A stretch of 64,000 nt of DNA from an uncultured Acidimicrobiia bacterium. Its GTDB lineage: Bacteria > Actinomycetota > Acidimicrobiia > Spongiisociales > JAENVV01. This document shows, one piece after another, positions 8,875 to 18,135 of the stretch (positions are counted from its first letter, which is position 1; every line of letters begins with the position of its first letter). Location: the NCBI GenBank assembly GCA_963847455.1, contig CAWKAG010000056.1:12421-76420 (forward strand), written 5' to 3'. A program made the position numbers and the translations under genes. Under the pieces are notes generated by a model. It worked only from the letters and a program-made list of their open reading frames with translations, was not told the origin of the DNA and did not search any database.

Positions 8875-9630
8875 ATGAACACGAGAACACTGACGGTTGG
8901 TGAAGTGGCCAGACTGGCCAACGTGACGATCCGGACGCTGCACCACTATGACGAAATCGGCCTCGTGGTGCCCGAACGGAGCGCCAGTGGCTATCGAATC
9001 TACGGCGGACCGCAAATAGATCGGCTACAAGAAGCCCTGTTCTTTCGGGAACTCGGCTTCAGCCTGGAGGACATCACGAGCATCGTCGCCGGACCGACCT
9101 ATGCCAGGGAGTCAGCCCTGCTCCGGCAACGCAAACTACTCGAAGTCAAAACAGAACGAATGATGGCGATGCTCGATGCCATCGACAAAGCAATCGAAAC
9201 AGATACAACAGGAGAAACCATGAATTACGAAGAAAAACTCGAAGTCTTTGGCGACTTCGACCCCACTGAGTATGAAGACGAGGCCAAGGAACAATGGGGC
9301 GACACGGATGCTTACAAGCAGTCCGTGAAACGAACCAGCCAATACACCAAGGATGACTGGCTACGAAACAAGGCTGAAGTCAGCCAGATCTACCAAGCCT
9401 TCGTGGCATTGATGAGCAATGGAGTGCCGCCGGGCAGCGATCAAGCGGCTGCGGTCGTCGAGCGGCACCGGGCGCACATTTCCGAATGGTATTACGACTG
9501 CTCAAAGGAGATTCACGCCGGACTCGGGCAGATGTATGTGGCGGATCCGCGATTCACGAAGAACATCGACAAACACGGCGAAGGTTTGGCTGCGTATATG
9601 TCGGATGCGATCGCCGCAGCCAGCAGCTAA
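8875..9630 (+). CDS. tipA: TipA-like MerR-family multidrug/thiopeptide-sensing regulator (TipAL; internal TipAS start at 9220)
   Basis: MerR HTH (VGEVARLANVTIRTLHHYDEIGL) plus TipAS domain (EKLEVFGDFDP..YEDEAKEQWG, GLGQMYVADPRF). Confidence 0.92.
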   Translation: MNTRTLTVGEVARLANVTIRTLHHYDEIGLVVPERSASGYRIYGGPQIDRLQEALFFRELGFSLEDITSIVAGPTYARESALLRQRKLLEVKTERMMAMLDAIDKAIETDTTGETMNYEEKLEVFGDFDPTEYEDEAKEQWGDTDAYKQSVKRTSQYTKDDWLRNKAEVSQIYQAFVALMSNGVPPGSDQAAAVVERHRAHISEWYYDCSKEIHAGLGQMYVADPRFTKNIDKHGEGLAAYMSDAIAAASS

Positions 9631-10037
9631 ACCGGTTCATCTGGACTGGAGTCGATCGAACTGGGGTCGGTCGGGACGTCGACGGCGTGCTCGGTCAGCA
9701 CCGACAGCGGAATGATCTCCAACGCCCGTTCGTGGGTGGCGGCCAAAACAACCGGAGCGGCGACTCCGTCCAGATGTGCCCGCAACCAGTTTCGGGCCGT
9801 GACACACCAACGGTCACCCGGCACCAAGCCTGGGAACCGGTATTGCGGCATCGGTGTGGCGAGGTCATTGCCGATGCCCTGCTGGTGAAGCAAGAATTCG
9901 TGGGTTACCACCGCACAAACGGTATGGCTGCCGAGATCCTGAGGGCCGGTGGTACAACAACCGTCGCGATGCCATCCGGTCATCGGGTCCGTCCCGCACT
10001 CCTCAAGTTCGCCGCCAAGCACGTTTCGATCTGTCAT
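9627..10037 (-). CDS. DUF2237 family protein
   Basis: NVLGGELEECG.DPMTGWHRDGCC, HTVCA, PGLVPGDRWCV and APVVLAATHE. Confidence 0.93.
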   Translation of the reverse strand: MTDRNVLGGELEECGTDPMTGWHRDGCCTTGPQDLGSHTVCAVVTHEFLLHQQGIGNDLATPMPQYRFPGLVPGDRWCVTARNWLRAHLDGVAAPVVLAATHERALEIIPLSVLTEHAVDVPTDPSSIDSSPDEPV

Positions 10038-10048
10038 GTCGTCAGTAT

Positions 10049-10094
10049 GCCTCATGCGAAAGGCGCTGTGGTCCAATGGCCCTTCGCATGAGGC
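10049..10094. promoter_or_regulatory. 15-bp inverted repeat between divergent DUF2237 and F420-type oxidoreductase genes
   Basis: GCCTCATGCGAAAGG-N16-CCCTTCGCATGAGGC (one mismatch). Confidence 0.6.
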
Positions 10095-10118
10095 CGACGA
10101 AGCAATAGGGTCAACAAG

Positions 10119-10592
10119 ATGACGTACGCTCCCAACTCGCGGGTACCCCCGCACGGTTTGGGCCGCTGGTTGGCCCGTGCACCCCGGCACCTGTACCGGC
10201 TTGGCCTCGGACGCATCCTCGGCAAGCGTCTGGTCCTACTCGAACACCGGGGCCGGCGCACGGGCTTCGCACGGCAGACGGTCCTGGAGGTAGTCGATGC
10301 CGACACCACCTCCTTGTTCGTTGCTGCGGCGTGGGGTAAAAGCAGCGACTGGTTCCAGAACATCCAAGCTGATCCCTCGGTCGCCATCAGCAGCGGGCGT
10401 ATCCGAGATGCGCCCGCCACCGCCAACGTCTTGGGCAAAACCGACGCCATCGGGGTGTTCGAACGTTACGCCAACATTCACAAAACGGCCGCTCGTGGCC
10501 TCGCCAAGGCCTTCGACCTTCCGCTCGGGGACGCCGAAGCCATGGCCGACCTGGTTCCGGTAGTTCGTTTGTCCTTCGACCAGCCTTTATAG
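10119..10592 (+). CDS. Deazaflavin (F420)-dependent nitroreductase family oxidoreductase (FDOR-A)
   Basis: LLEHRGRRTG..RQTVLEVV and WG..SDWFQNI.ADP. Confidence 0.88.
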   Translation: MTYAPNSRVPPHGLGRWLARAPRHLYRLGLGRILGKRLVLLEHRGRRTGFARQTVLEVVDADTTSLFVAAAWGKSSDWFQNIQADPSVAISSGRIRDAPATANVLGKTDAIGVFERYANIHKTAARGLAKAFDLPLGDAEAMADLVPVVRLSFDQPL

Positions 10593-10629
10593 ACCCGCAA
10601 GCCCCGGTATGGCTCGTTACCCTTCGACC

Positions 10630-11413
10630 ATGATCGACTACCTGGCGACACTGCAGCGGGAGTCCCACCGATTCGCGTCAGTAACCCGGACCGCCGACCG
10701 CGAGGCTCGGGTTCCTACCTGTCCTGAGTGGAACGTCGCAGATCTGATCTGGCATCTCACTGAGGTCCAGTACTTCTGGGCAACCATCGTGGAGGACCTG
10801 ATCCAGGATCCCGAGGCTGTTCCACCGTTCGAGCGACCCGAGGATGAAGCCCTCTCAGCGGCATTCGCCGTGCAATCGGCGCGCCTCCAGGACGCGTTGA
10901 AGCGCCGCAAGCCCGAAGAAAGCTGCTGGAGCTGGCACGACGGGGGTCACTCAGTTGGGTGGGTCCGCCGGCGTCAGGCACATGAAGCCTTGATTCATCG
11001 CGTCGACGCGGAAATCGCGACAAAACTACGATCGCCAATCGATCGAGATTTGGCAGCCGACGGGGTCGACGAGATCCTCCGTGTGACGATCGACCTGGAC
11101 GACCTTCCGGAATGGGCAACCTTCCTAGCGGACGGCACGAGTGCCCGTGTGGAAACGTCCGACGGTGCCACGGCTTGGTCGATGATTTTCGGTCGCTTCG
11201 TTGGCTCAAGTCCGGTCTCGGGAAATGATTACGACTTTGTTGCCGCCCAGCTCACCTCGTCGATCTCGGACCCGACGGCCGTCATAGGTGGCGCCTCGGA
11301 AGATCTACGACCTCTGGTTGTGGGGTCGGGGCCCGATCGGGTCGTTGTCCGTTTCTGGCGATCCAAGAATCGCAGAGAAGCTCCGCGAAGCCGCCCGCGA
11401 AGCCACCCAGTAG
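10630..11413 (+). pseudogene. Second MDMPI-family enzyme, +1 frameshift at about 11307 (probably a sequencing error)
   Basis: VPTCPEWNVADLIWHL, RRQAHEALIHRVDAE and ADGVDE. Removing one base restores the family C-terminus DLDLWLWGRG...REATQ*. Confidence 0.85.
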
Positions 11414-11532
11414 CCGGGAGCGGATCGAGAGCCATCAGGTGATTCTGTCGCCAATGGCCCTGCCACTATGCTTCCCGCCGCATGTTTCCCGGCAATCAGG
11501 CCGGTTTAGCTCGTACACGAGGGGTACCAAGA

Positions 11533-13410
11533 ATGTCCGAAAACGGCACCGGCCATTCAAAGGGCCTTGCAGTCACCTCCCTCGCGGCGTTGGGGGTTGT
11601 GTTCGGCGATATCGGCACGAGTCCCCTTTACGCATTTCGCGAAGCCTTCCACGTCGCCAACCTCGAACCGACCGAGCAGGGCGTGCTCGGCGTACTCTCT
11701 CTGATCTTCTGGGCGCTCGTTCTGATCGTGTCGATCAAGTACTTGATCTTCGTGATGCGAGCCGACAACGACGGTGAGGGCGGCATCCTGGCGCTGACGT
11801 CCCTCATCATGGGCGACGCCGCCAAAACCAAACGCCGAGCCTTGCTCATCGGCATTGGCCTCTTTGGTACCGCCTTGCTCTATGGCGACGGCATGATCAC
11901 CCCCGCCATATCCGTACTGTCTGCGGTCGAGGGACTCGAGGTCACTTTCCCGGGTATTGGACCGTGGGTCCTCGTGATTGCCAGCTTGATCCTGGTCGTG
12001 TTGTTCGCCAACCAGCACCGAGGAACGGCGGTCCTTGGTGCACTGTTCGGGCCGATCATGATCGTCTGGTTCGGCGTTCTTGCCTTCCTGGGCATCTTGC
12101 AGATCATCAAGGAACCCGGGGTGCTGGCCGCCATCAACCCGCTCGTGGCCATTCGCCTGGTCGTACAGGAGCCCAGATTCGCGTTTTTGGCACTCGGCGG
12201 TGTCTTCCTCGTCGCCACCGGGAGCGAGGCGTTATACGCCGACATGGGCCACTTTGGGACCAAACCCATCCGGCTGGCTTGGTTCGGACTTGTCTTTCCC
12301 GCGCTCGTGCTCAACTATTTCGGGCAGGGAGCGCTCCTCCTCAACAATCCTGAGGCCATTGAAAACCCGTTCTACTCATTGGCTCCGTCATGGGCAGTGT
12401 TGCCGCTGGTGATCCTGGCGACGATGGCAACCGTGATCGCCTCACAAGCGCTCATTTCGGGGGTCTATTCCTTGACGTCCCAGGCCATCCAGCTCGGGTA
12501 CCTCCCCCGCCAACGGATCGATCACACGTCACCTCACCATCAGGGACAGATCTACGTTTCCACCATCAACTGGGTGCTCATGATTGCCGCGGTGGGATTG
12601 GTGGTGACGTTCCAGACTTCGAGCGCTCTGGCCGCCGCCTATGGCGTTGGTGTGGCAACCGATATGGTCATCACCGCGATACTCATTGCCGTAGTCATGA
12701 AAGAGCGCTGGAAGTGGTCGACCCCAGTCGTGGCGGCGGTCATCGCCTCCTTCCTGGTCGTCGACCTGACCTTCTTTGGCGCCAACATCACCAAGATTCC
12801 GGCAGGTGGCTGGTTCCCGCTCGTCATTGGCGTCATCGGGTTCGTGATCATGGCTACCTGGAAACGAGGCCGCGAACTTATGGCGGCCCGTCTCACCAAT
12901 GCCGACTTCCCTGTCGAACGGTTCATCCAGTCAATCGTCGAGACCGATCAACAGCGTGCATCAGGCACCGGCGTCTATCTGTACTCGAGGGCAGGTGCCA
13001 CTCCCCCGACTTTGATCACCAACTTGCGACATCACGAAGTCCTTCACGAAAAGATTGTGCTCGTGAGCATTGAGATCAGCTCACACCCACGCGTGCCGCA
13101 AGCCCGCCGATCAACCGTCCACGATCTTGGCGAAGGCTTCTACCAGGTTCAGTTGTTGTACGGATTCATGCAGCAACCCGATGTCCCTTACGACCTGAAG
13201 AATATCGTGTCCACCGAGTTCGGCTTCGACGACACCAAGGCGACCTACTTCCTGGGGAAGGAGACCGTTTTGGCCACCGATCTACCAGGGATGGCCATCT
13301 GGCGGGAGCGGCTGTTCTCGGTGATGCACCGGAATGCATCGAGCGCCGCTACCTTCTTCAACCTGCCTCACGACCAGGTGGTCGAAGTCGGGATTCAGGT
13401 AGCGATCTAG
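11533..13410 (+). CDS. kup: KUP/HAK/KT potassium uptake protein
   Basis: GVVFGDIGTSPLY, DNDGEGG, YGDGMITPAIS, GSEALYADMGHF, GQIYVSTINW, AAAYG and FLGKET. Confidence 0.97.
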   Translation: MSENGTGHSKGLAVTSLAALGVVFGDIGTSPLYAFREAFHVANLEPTEQGVLGVLSLIFWALVLIVSIKYLIFVMRADNDGEGGILALTSLIMGDAAKTKRRALLIGIGLFGTALLYGDGMITPAISVLSAVEGLEVTFPGIGPWVLVIASLILVVLFANQHRGTAVLGALFGPIMIVWFGVLAFLGILQIIKEPGVLAAINPLVAIRLVVQEPRFAFLALGGVFLVATGSEALYADMGHFGTKPIRLAWFGLVFPALVLNYFGQGALLLNNPEAIENPFYSLAPSWAVLPLVILATMATVIASQALISGVYSLTSQAIQLGYLPRQRIDHTSPHHQGQIYVSTINWVLMIAAVGLVVTFQTSSALAAAYGVGVATDMVITAILIAVVMKERWKWSTPVVAAVIASFLVVDLTFFGANITKIPAGGWFPLVIGVIGFVIMATWKRGRELMAARLTNADFPVERFIQSIVETDQQRASGTGVYLYSRAGATPPTLITNLRHHEVLHEKIVLVSIEISSHPRVPQARRSTVHDLGEGFYQVQLLYGFMQQPDVPYDLKNIVSTEFGFDDTKATYFLGKETVLATDLPGMAIWRERLFSVMHRNASSAATFFNLPHDQVVEVGIQVAI

Positions 13411-14294
13411 CCGGGAGCGTTCACCGGCACCCGCATACCGCGCAGTCCGGAAGCTGCTCCGTAGAGCACCGCCGCGAGAACGATGCCTCCGCCGATCAGG
13501 GTCGTTCCTGCCGGAGCCTCCGCCAAGAAGAGCCACGCCCAGGCGGTGGCTCCGAGGGTTTCTATCGGCCCGAGAAGGCTGACCTGTGCCGTGGGAAGGT
13601 AACGCGTGGACGAAGCGATCGAGACCCGACCGGCTGGACCCAGCATTCCACCGAGCAGCAACAAGATCAGCACCGCTTTCAGGTTGACGGTCGACGGGTT
13701 GGCTATCGCCGCTGACACGATGGCCATGATCAGTCCGCCAAGACCGATAGCAACGGTACGCCGCAATTCGGGGTTCTTGCGCCAGATCGTCAGGTTGGCC
13801 GTGTAGGCGCTGATGGCACCTACCGCGAACAGATCACCCGAAATCCGTCCAGCACCGAAGGAACCGGACATGACGATCAAAATGCCGACGATTGAAGCGG
13901 CGATCGCCATCCACATTCGGCCGCTCGTTCGTTCTTTCAACACCACGTGTGCCACCAACGCCGCCAGAACCGGCGTGGCCGCGAAGATGACGACCGCGTT
14001 CGATACGGTCGTGAACTGAATCGCCAGAATAAAGAAGATCGTGCTCGTGGCTTGAAGCGTTCCACTGGCCACCATGATCCAACCGCCATCTTTGACCGCC
14101 GACGGCAACGACCTCCCGGTTCGGGTCGGCACCAGGATCGACATGGCGATGGCCGTGAAGATGCCAAACCAAAACGCCGTATCCCACTCGCTCAACCCCG
14201 CCACCCGGATGCCGAACGACTCGAAGCTGATCAACGTGTAACCGGCAACGCCCATGAGGAGGCCCAGCTGGTGCGGAGGTAATCGAGAAACCAT
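13407..14294 (-). CDS. DMT/EamA-family transporter
   Basis: About 10 hydrophobic helices in two EamA repeats (TPVLAALVAHVVLKE; WAWLFLAEAP). Confidence 0.88.
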   Translation of the reverse strand: MVSRLPPHQLGLLMGVAGYTLISFESFGIRVAGLSEWDTAFWFGIFTAIAMSILVPTRTGRSLPSAVKDGGWIMVASGTLQATSTIFFILAIQFTTVSNAVVIFAATPVLAALVAHVVLKERTSGRMWMAIAASIVGILIVMSGSFGAGRISGDLFAVGAISAYTANLTIWRKNPELRRTVAIGLGGLIMAIVSAAIANPSTVNLKAVLILLLLGGMLGPAGRVSIASSTRYLPTAQVSLLGPIETLGATAWAWLFLAEAPAGTTLIGGGIVLAAVLYGAASGLRGMRVPVNAPG

Positions 14295-14824
14295 CCGGTG
14301 CAGTATCGTCCATTTCGATCGACCTGTTGGCTCTTATCTGGGTCCAAAATGTATCGATCGAAGGGGTCCAGACTCGGTATCAGTGCGATGGAGGGCGCGT
14401 GGTACCAAGAAGGAAGAACGAGCGAACAGACCGTGCCGACCTGGCGAATTTCCTTGTCCGAGCCTCCGAATGGGCGGAACTCCATCCCCCGCTACAACTA
14501 ATGGGAAATTCAGTACCAAAGCGGAACCCCCAATCCGGAAGTGCTGCCTTCCTGGACCGCTTCAGTCGTTTACGACGACGTCTTTTCGGACTGTCTCCGT
14601 ACTGGTCGACACGATCTGCGCTATCCCCCCGTTCAGTGCCGGACTGGCCCCCGGCCACTGGCCTAAACGTATCCGAATTGTCGGCGATTGCCTACGACAA
14701 CGTTCGGCACGGTTGAGCCAGTGTTTGGCACAGGTCTGCCACACGGTGACGGCCAGGTGATCTGTCGTGTAGATTCCGAATAGAAAGGCGGTCCCTGGGA
14801 GGGTGAGCGGTTAGGGGGCGCCAC

Positions 14825-15424
14825 TTGTCAGCTACGCAAGTCGCCATCGTGCGGGCGATGCCAATTGTTCGGCAGGGAATCGAAGCCACGTTCGCCGGTA
14901 CCGAGTTCTGCTCTGCCGACGTATGTGAATCCGACCTCCCAGCTTGGGGACGCGATGGGGGCCAGATTCTTGTAGAGGTCCACGGAGATCCTGATATTCA
15001 ACTTGTGGCAGACCTGCGAGCCGGGTCACCCGATGTCGTGGTCGTGACCCTCGTCGCCGCCGGTTCAGACCGGCTGGTGGAAGCCTCGCTAAGCGCTGGT
15101 GCCAACTCGGCAGTACCTCTCGGGGCCGATACCAATGGGATTCTCCTTGCCCTACGGGCGGCCGTCGAAAAGCTGACCGTATTGCCCCATTCCGTTGGCA
15201 GAAGTATGGCGAATGGTCACTCGGAGAAGCCACCCTCGCTCTCTGAAGCCGAAGTTGAGTGGTTGAGGGCCTTGGCGGCGGGCCGGACTGTTCGACAGAT
15301 CGCTGATGACTCGGGCTACTCACCCCGAGAAATGTTCCGGTTGCTCAACCGCTGCTACCTCAAGCTCGGCGAAACAACCCGACTGGGGGCGCTACTCAAA
15401 GCCGCCAAACTCGGAGTCGTTTAA
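14825..15424 (+). CDS. Atypical NarL/LuxR-type response regulator (degenerate receiver + LuxR HTH)
   Basis: PIVRQGIEA, SAGANSAVP and LSEAEVEWLRALAAGRTVRQIA..GYS. Canonical receiver acidic and Lys residues are not evident. Confidence 0.8.
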   Translation: MSATQVAIVRAMPIVRQGIEATFAGTEFCSADVCESDLPAWGRDGGQILVEVHGDPDIQLVADLRAGSPDVVVVTLVAAGSDRLVEASLSAGANSAVPLGADTNGILLALRAAVEKLTVLPHSVGRSMANGHSEKPPSLSEAEVEWLRALAAGRTVRQIADDSGYSPREMFRLLNRCYLKLGETTRLGALLKAAKLGVV

Positions 15425-16347
15425 CTCAAGCGCTGGCTGAGCATCGACACAAATATCTCACGATCCACATGCGTCACCACGTTGACGTTGGGTGCCTTGC
15501 CGGTGACCTCGAGCCAATCGACGATGTCGTGACCTCGGGCATGCCCATCACCGATCTCAATCTCGACGTGCCGGGAGACCGACCTGGCGATTGACGAATC
15601 CAGAGCGACGGCCATGGCGATCGGGTCAGGAAAGTCGAATCCACTCAACTTGGTTTGGCTGAGGGCGAACTCGTTGAGAGTCGCCTGAATGTCGACACTG
15701 AACTCGGCAAACGGTGTACCGATGGAGCGAAGGCCGGCGGCCTGGTCGCGGTCGAAAGTCGCCGAGGCGACCGAAATATCCCATCCGATCATCGTGATGG
15801 CCATGCCAGAGCGTAGGACGAGCTTGGCTGCCTCGGGATCGCACCAGAAGTTGAACTCGCCAAGTGGAGTCACATTGCCGGTGCCGGCACCCGTTCCACC
15901 CATGATGTAGCAGTGCCTGACAGCCGAGGCCATCTCGGGAGCGCGCAACAAGGCGGCGGCAACGTTGGTGAGTGGTCCAATGGTGACGAGGTCAACAGCC
16001 CCCGGGGCGGCCAGGAACAGCTCGACCATTACGTCGACCGCTCTCCCGGTGGCCGGCGTGCGACCCGATAGATCCAATCCGATGTCACCCATGCCGTCGG
16101 AGCCATGGACGTCTTCGGCTGATTCGAGGTCACGCAACATCGGCCGTGCCAGGCCCGCATACACGGGTACCTGAGACTCGCACAGGTCGACGGTATAGAG
16201 AGCATTCTGCACGGCCTGGGCAAGCGGAACGTTACCGGCTACAACCGTGATGGCTTCAACGACGACCGCGGGATCTCGCAGAGCCATGATGAGCGCCACC
16301 GCATCATCTGAGGCCGTGTCGGTATCAATCAGCATCCGTTGGATCAT
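15421..16347 (-). CDS. Inosine/uridine-preferring nucleoside hydrolase family protein
   Basis: Ca-binding IDTDTASDD, TIGPLTNVA and GNVTPLGEFNFWCDPEAA; GAGGAG RBS. Confidence 0.94.
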   Translation of the reverse strand: MIQRMLIDTDTASDDAVALIMALRDPAVVVEAITVVAGNVPLAQAVQNALYTVDLCESQVPVYAGLARPMLRDLESAEDVHGSDGMGDIGLDLSGRTPATGRAVDVMVELFLAAPGAVDLVTIGPLTNVAAALLRAPEMASAVRHCYIMGGTGAGTGNVTPLGEFNFWCDPEAAKLVLRSGMAITMIGWDISVASATFDRDQAAGLRSIGTPFAEFSVDIQATLNEFALSQTKLSGFDFPDPIAMAVALDSSIARSVSRHVEIEIGDGHARGHDIVDWLEVTGKAPNVNVVTHVDREIFVSMLSQRLS

Positions 16348-16452
16348 GTGGCCTTCTCCTCGCGTCAGGCGATGCTACCGATCCATCGGATTACCCGGAA
16401 TAGAACCAGTCTCCGTAGACGCCTCGAGGCTGTGGGGCATCCCCGGTATGGT

Positions 16453-18132
16453 TTGGACGTGTTCGACGAGCAGGATGATCCAAAGCCGAAGCCGCCGGTG
16501 GTGGTTTGGGTCACACTTGTCTTCCTCGTGGGGGCGGCAGGATGGTTCCTGGGGACATTCGACTCGCCAACGGGCCCGGTACCTGATCCGCTTGTAACGG
16601 CTACGACACGAGCCTCCGGGGATTCATCCGTCGCCGACGGCGCATACCACCGACCGTACCCGAGCGACCCGCATGCCGGGAATCTCCCGGACGACACCCA
16701 ATTCTTGGGAGTGTTCGAAGCCGATGAACCGGCAACGGTTCGCGCGATTTCGGCCGCCATTATGGTCGATCGGTCCGATGGGAGCACCGCCCCATTCGCG
16801 ACGATCACCTTCACCCAGAACGACGACCAAGCCGATCTCAGCAGCAAGCTCAGCTACCTGCGCCAGTACGAAGAATGGACCCTTCGCATCGAACCATTTG
16901 CAGACGCCGCGATGGCCACGACCGGGGATTTCGACGCCTGGATGGACACACACATCGTCGGCCTCCCGGGTCGGATCATGCCCGCGTTCACATTGGTTTC
17001 TCCGCTCCGCTGGGCCGATGATGATGACGGGATCCTTCCGATGGAGGTGGTCTATGACACGTTTTCGGTTCGCCGAGGATGCTCGACCGACGCGACGGCA
17101 TGTAGCGAAACCCACGCAGTTCAGCTGATATCCGAAAGCCGGGGCTTGGCTGGCGCCGGATCCGTCCTTTCTCCGAACCCGAGACTTCGCTCGGATGAGG
17201 CCTATCTGGACCCGGGGCCTTTGTCGGCGCGCCGCAACCATCTCGTCACGTGGACCGGGTCAGAGCTTCTTGTATGGGGTGGCGACAACGGGCAAGAGTT
17301 CCTGACCGATGGAGCCGCCTACGACCCCGAAACCACTTCATGGAGGTGGCTTCCTCCAACTCCGCTAGAACCCGGTTTGCGTGCTACATCTGTCTGGGCG
17401 GGGGATCATCTCGTTGCCTTCAATAGTGTTCAAACTGCGGCCTATTACCCGGCGGACGACGAATGGCGAACTCTCGGATCGGGCGTCCAACCTCCCAATT
17501 CAGCGGCCAAGACGGTGTGGACGGGTGGTTCGGTATATACCTGGGCGGACGACCTCTACCGATTCGATCCGCCAGCCTGGACTGTACTGCCTTCCCCTGG
17601 TGCCAATCCTCAAACAGCCTGGGAGACCTCCCTGACTGTTTTCGACGAAACGATCTACGCTTCATTTCTCCCGTGGGGTGACTGCTCGGCACGACAAATC
17701 GCCAGATGGACGGGCGCGGGTTGGACTCCCGCGCCTGCGCCGATCCAAACGACTGCCACCGTTTGCGCCGGAGCTGATCAAATCTTGGCGCTTCATCCTT
17801 TGCTCTACGCCTGGGGCAACGATCTGCCGCTGAGTGTCTACGATCCGCGCACGCATACCTGGTCGAATGTCGGTCCAATGCCGGAACTACGTGAACCGGG
17901 CAGTGAGCATCGCATCGGCATCGCCGAACGAATCCTGGTCAGCGAAGGTGATCGAGGGTGGCTGTACTCGCCGTCAGCGCACGGCTGGCAGCCTTTCCAA
18001 TTGCCCGGACAGGTACTCGAAACGACCACGGTGTGGACCGGATCCCAACTGTTGAACTGGGGGCGAACCTGCTGCTTTCCATCGGAACCAGATTGGGGTA
18101 TCGACGCCTGGCAGTTTTCGTTCGAGAACTGA
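16453..18132 (+). CDS. Membrane-anchored protein with a C-terminal Kelch-like beta-propeller (start uncertain)
   Basis: One N-terminal TM segment (VVVWVTLVFLVGAAGWFL); repeats HLVTWTGSELLVWGG, DGAAYDPETTSWRWLP, VWAGDHLV, VWTGGSVYTW and VWTGSQLLNWG. Confidence 0.8.
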   Translation: MDVFDEQDDPKPKPPVVVWVTLVFLVGAAGWFLGTFDSPTGPVPDPLVTATTRASGDSSVADGAYHRPYPSDPHAGNLPDDTQFLGVFEADEPATVRAISAAIMVDRSDGSTAPFATITFTQNDDQADLSSKLSYLRQYEEWTLRIEPFADAAMATTGDFDAWMDTHIVGLPGRIMPAFTLVSPLRWADDDDGILPMEVVYDTFSVRRGCSTDATACSETHAVQLISESRGLAGAGSVLSPNPRLRSDEAYLDPGPLSARRNHLVTWTGSELLVWGGDNGQEFLTDGAAYDPETTSWRWLPPTPLEPGLRATSVWAGDHLVAFNSVQTAAYYPADDEWRTLGSGVQPPNSAAKTVWTGGSVYTWADDLYRFDPPAWTVLPSPGANPQTAWETSLTVFDETIYASFLPWGDCSARQIARWTGAGWTPAPAPIQTTATVCAGADQILALHPLLYAWGNDLPLSVYDPRTHTWSNVGPMPELREPGSEHRIGIAERILVSEGDRGWLYSPSAHGWQPFQLPGQVLETTTVWTGSQLLNWGRTCCFPSEPDWGIDAWQFSFEN

Positions 18133-18135
18133 GAC

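Noticed and set aside
11413-11533. c-di-AMP (ydaO) riboswitch upstream of kup
   Set aside because: The interval is about 120 bp and shows none of the ydaO conserved elements.
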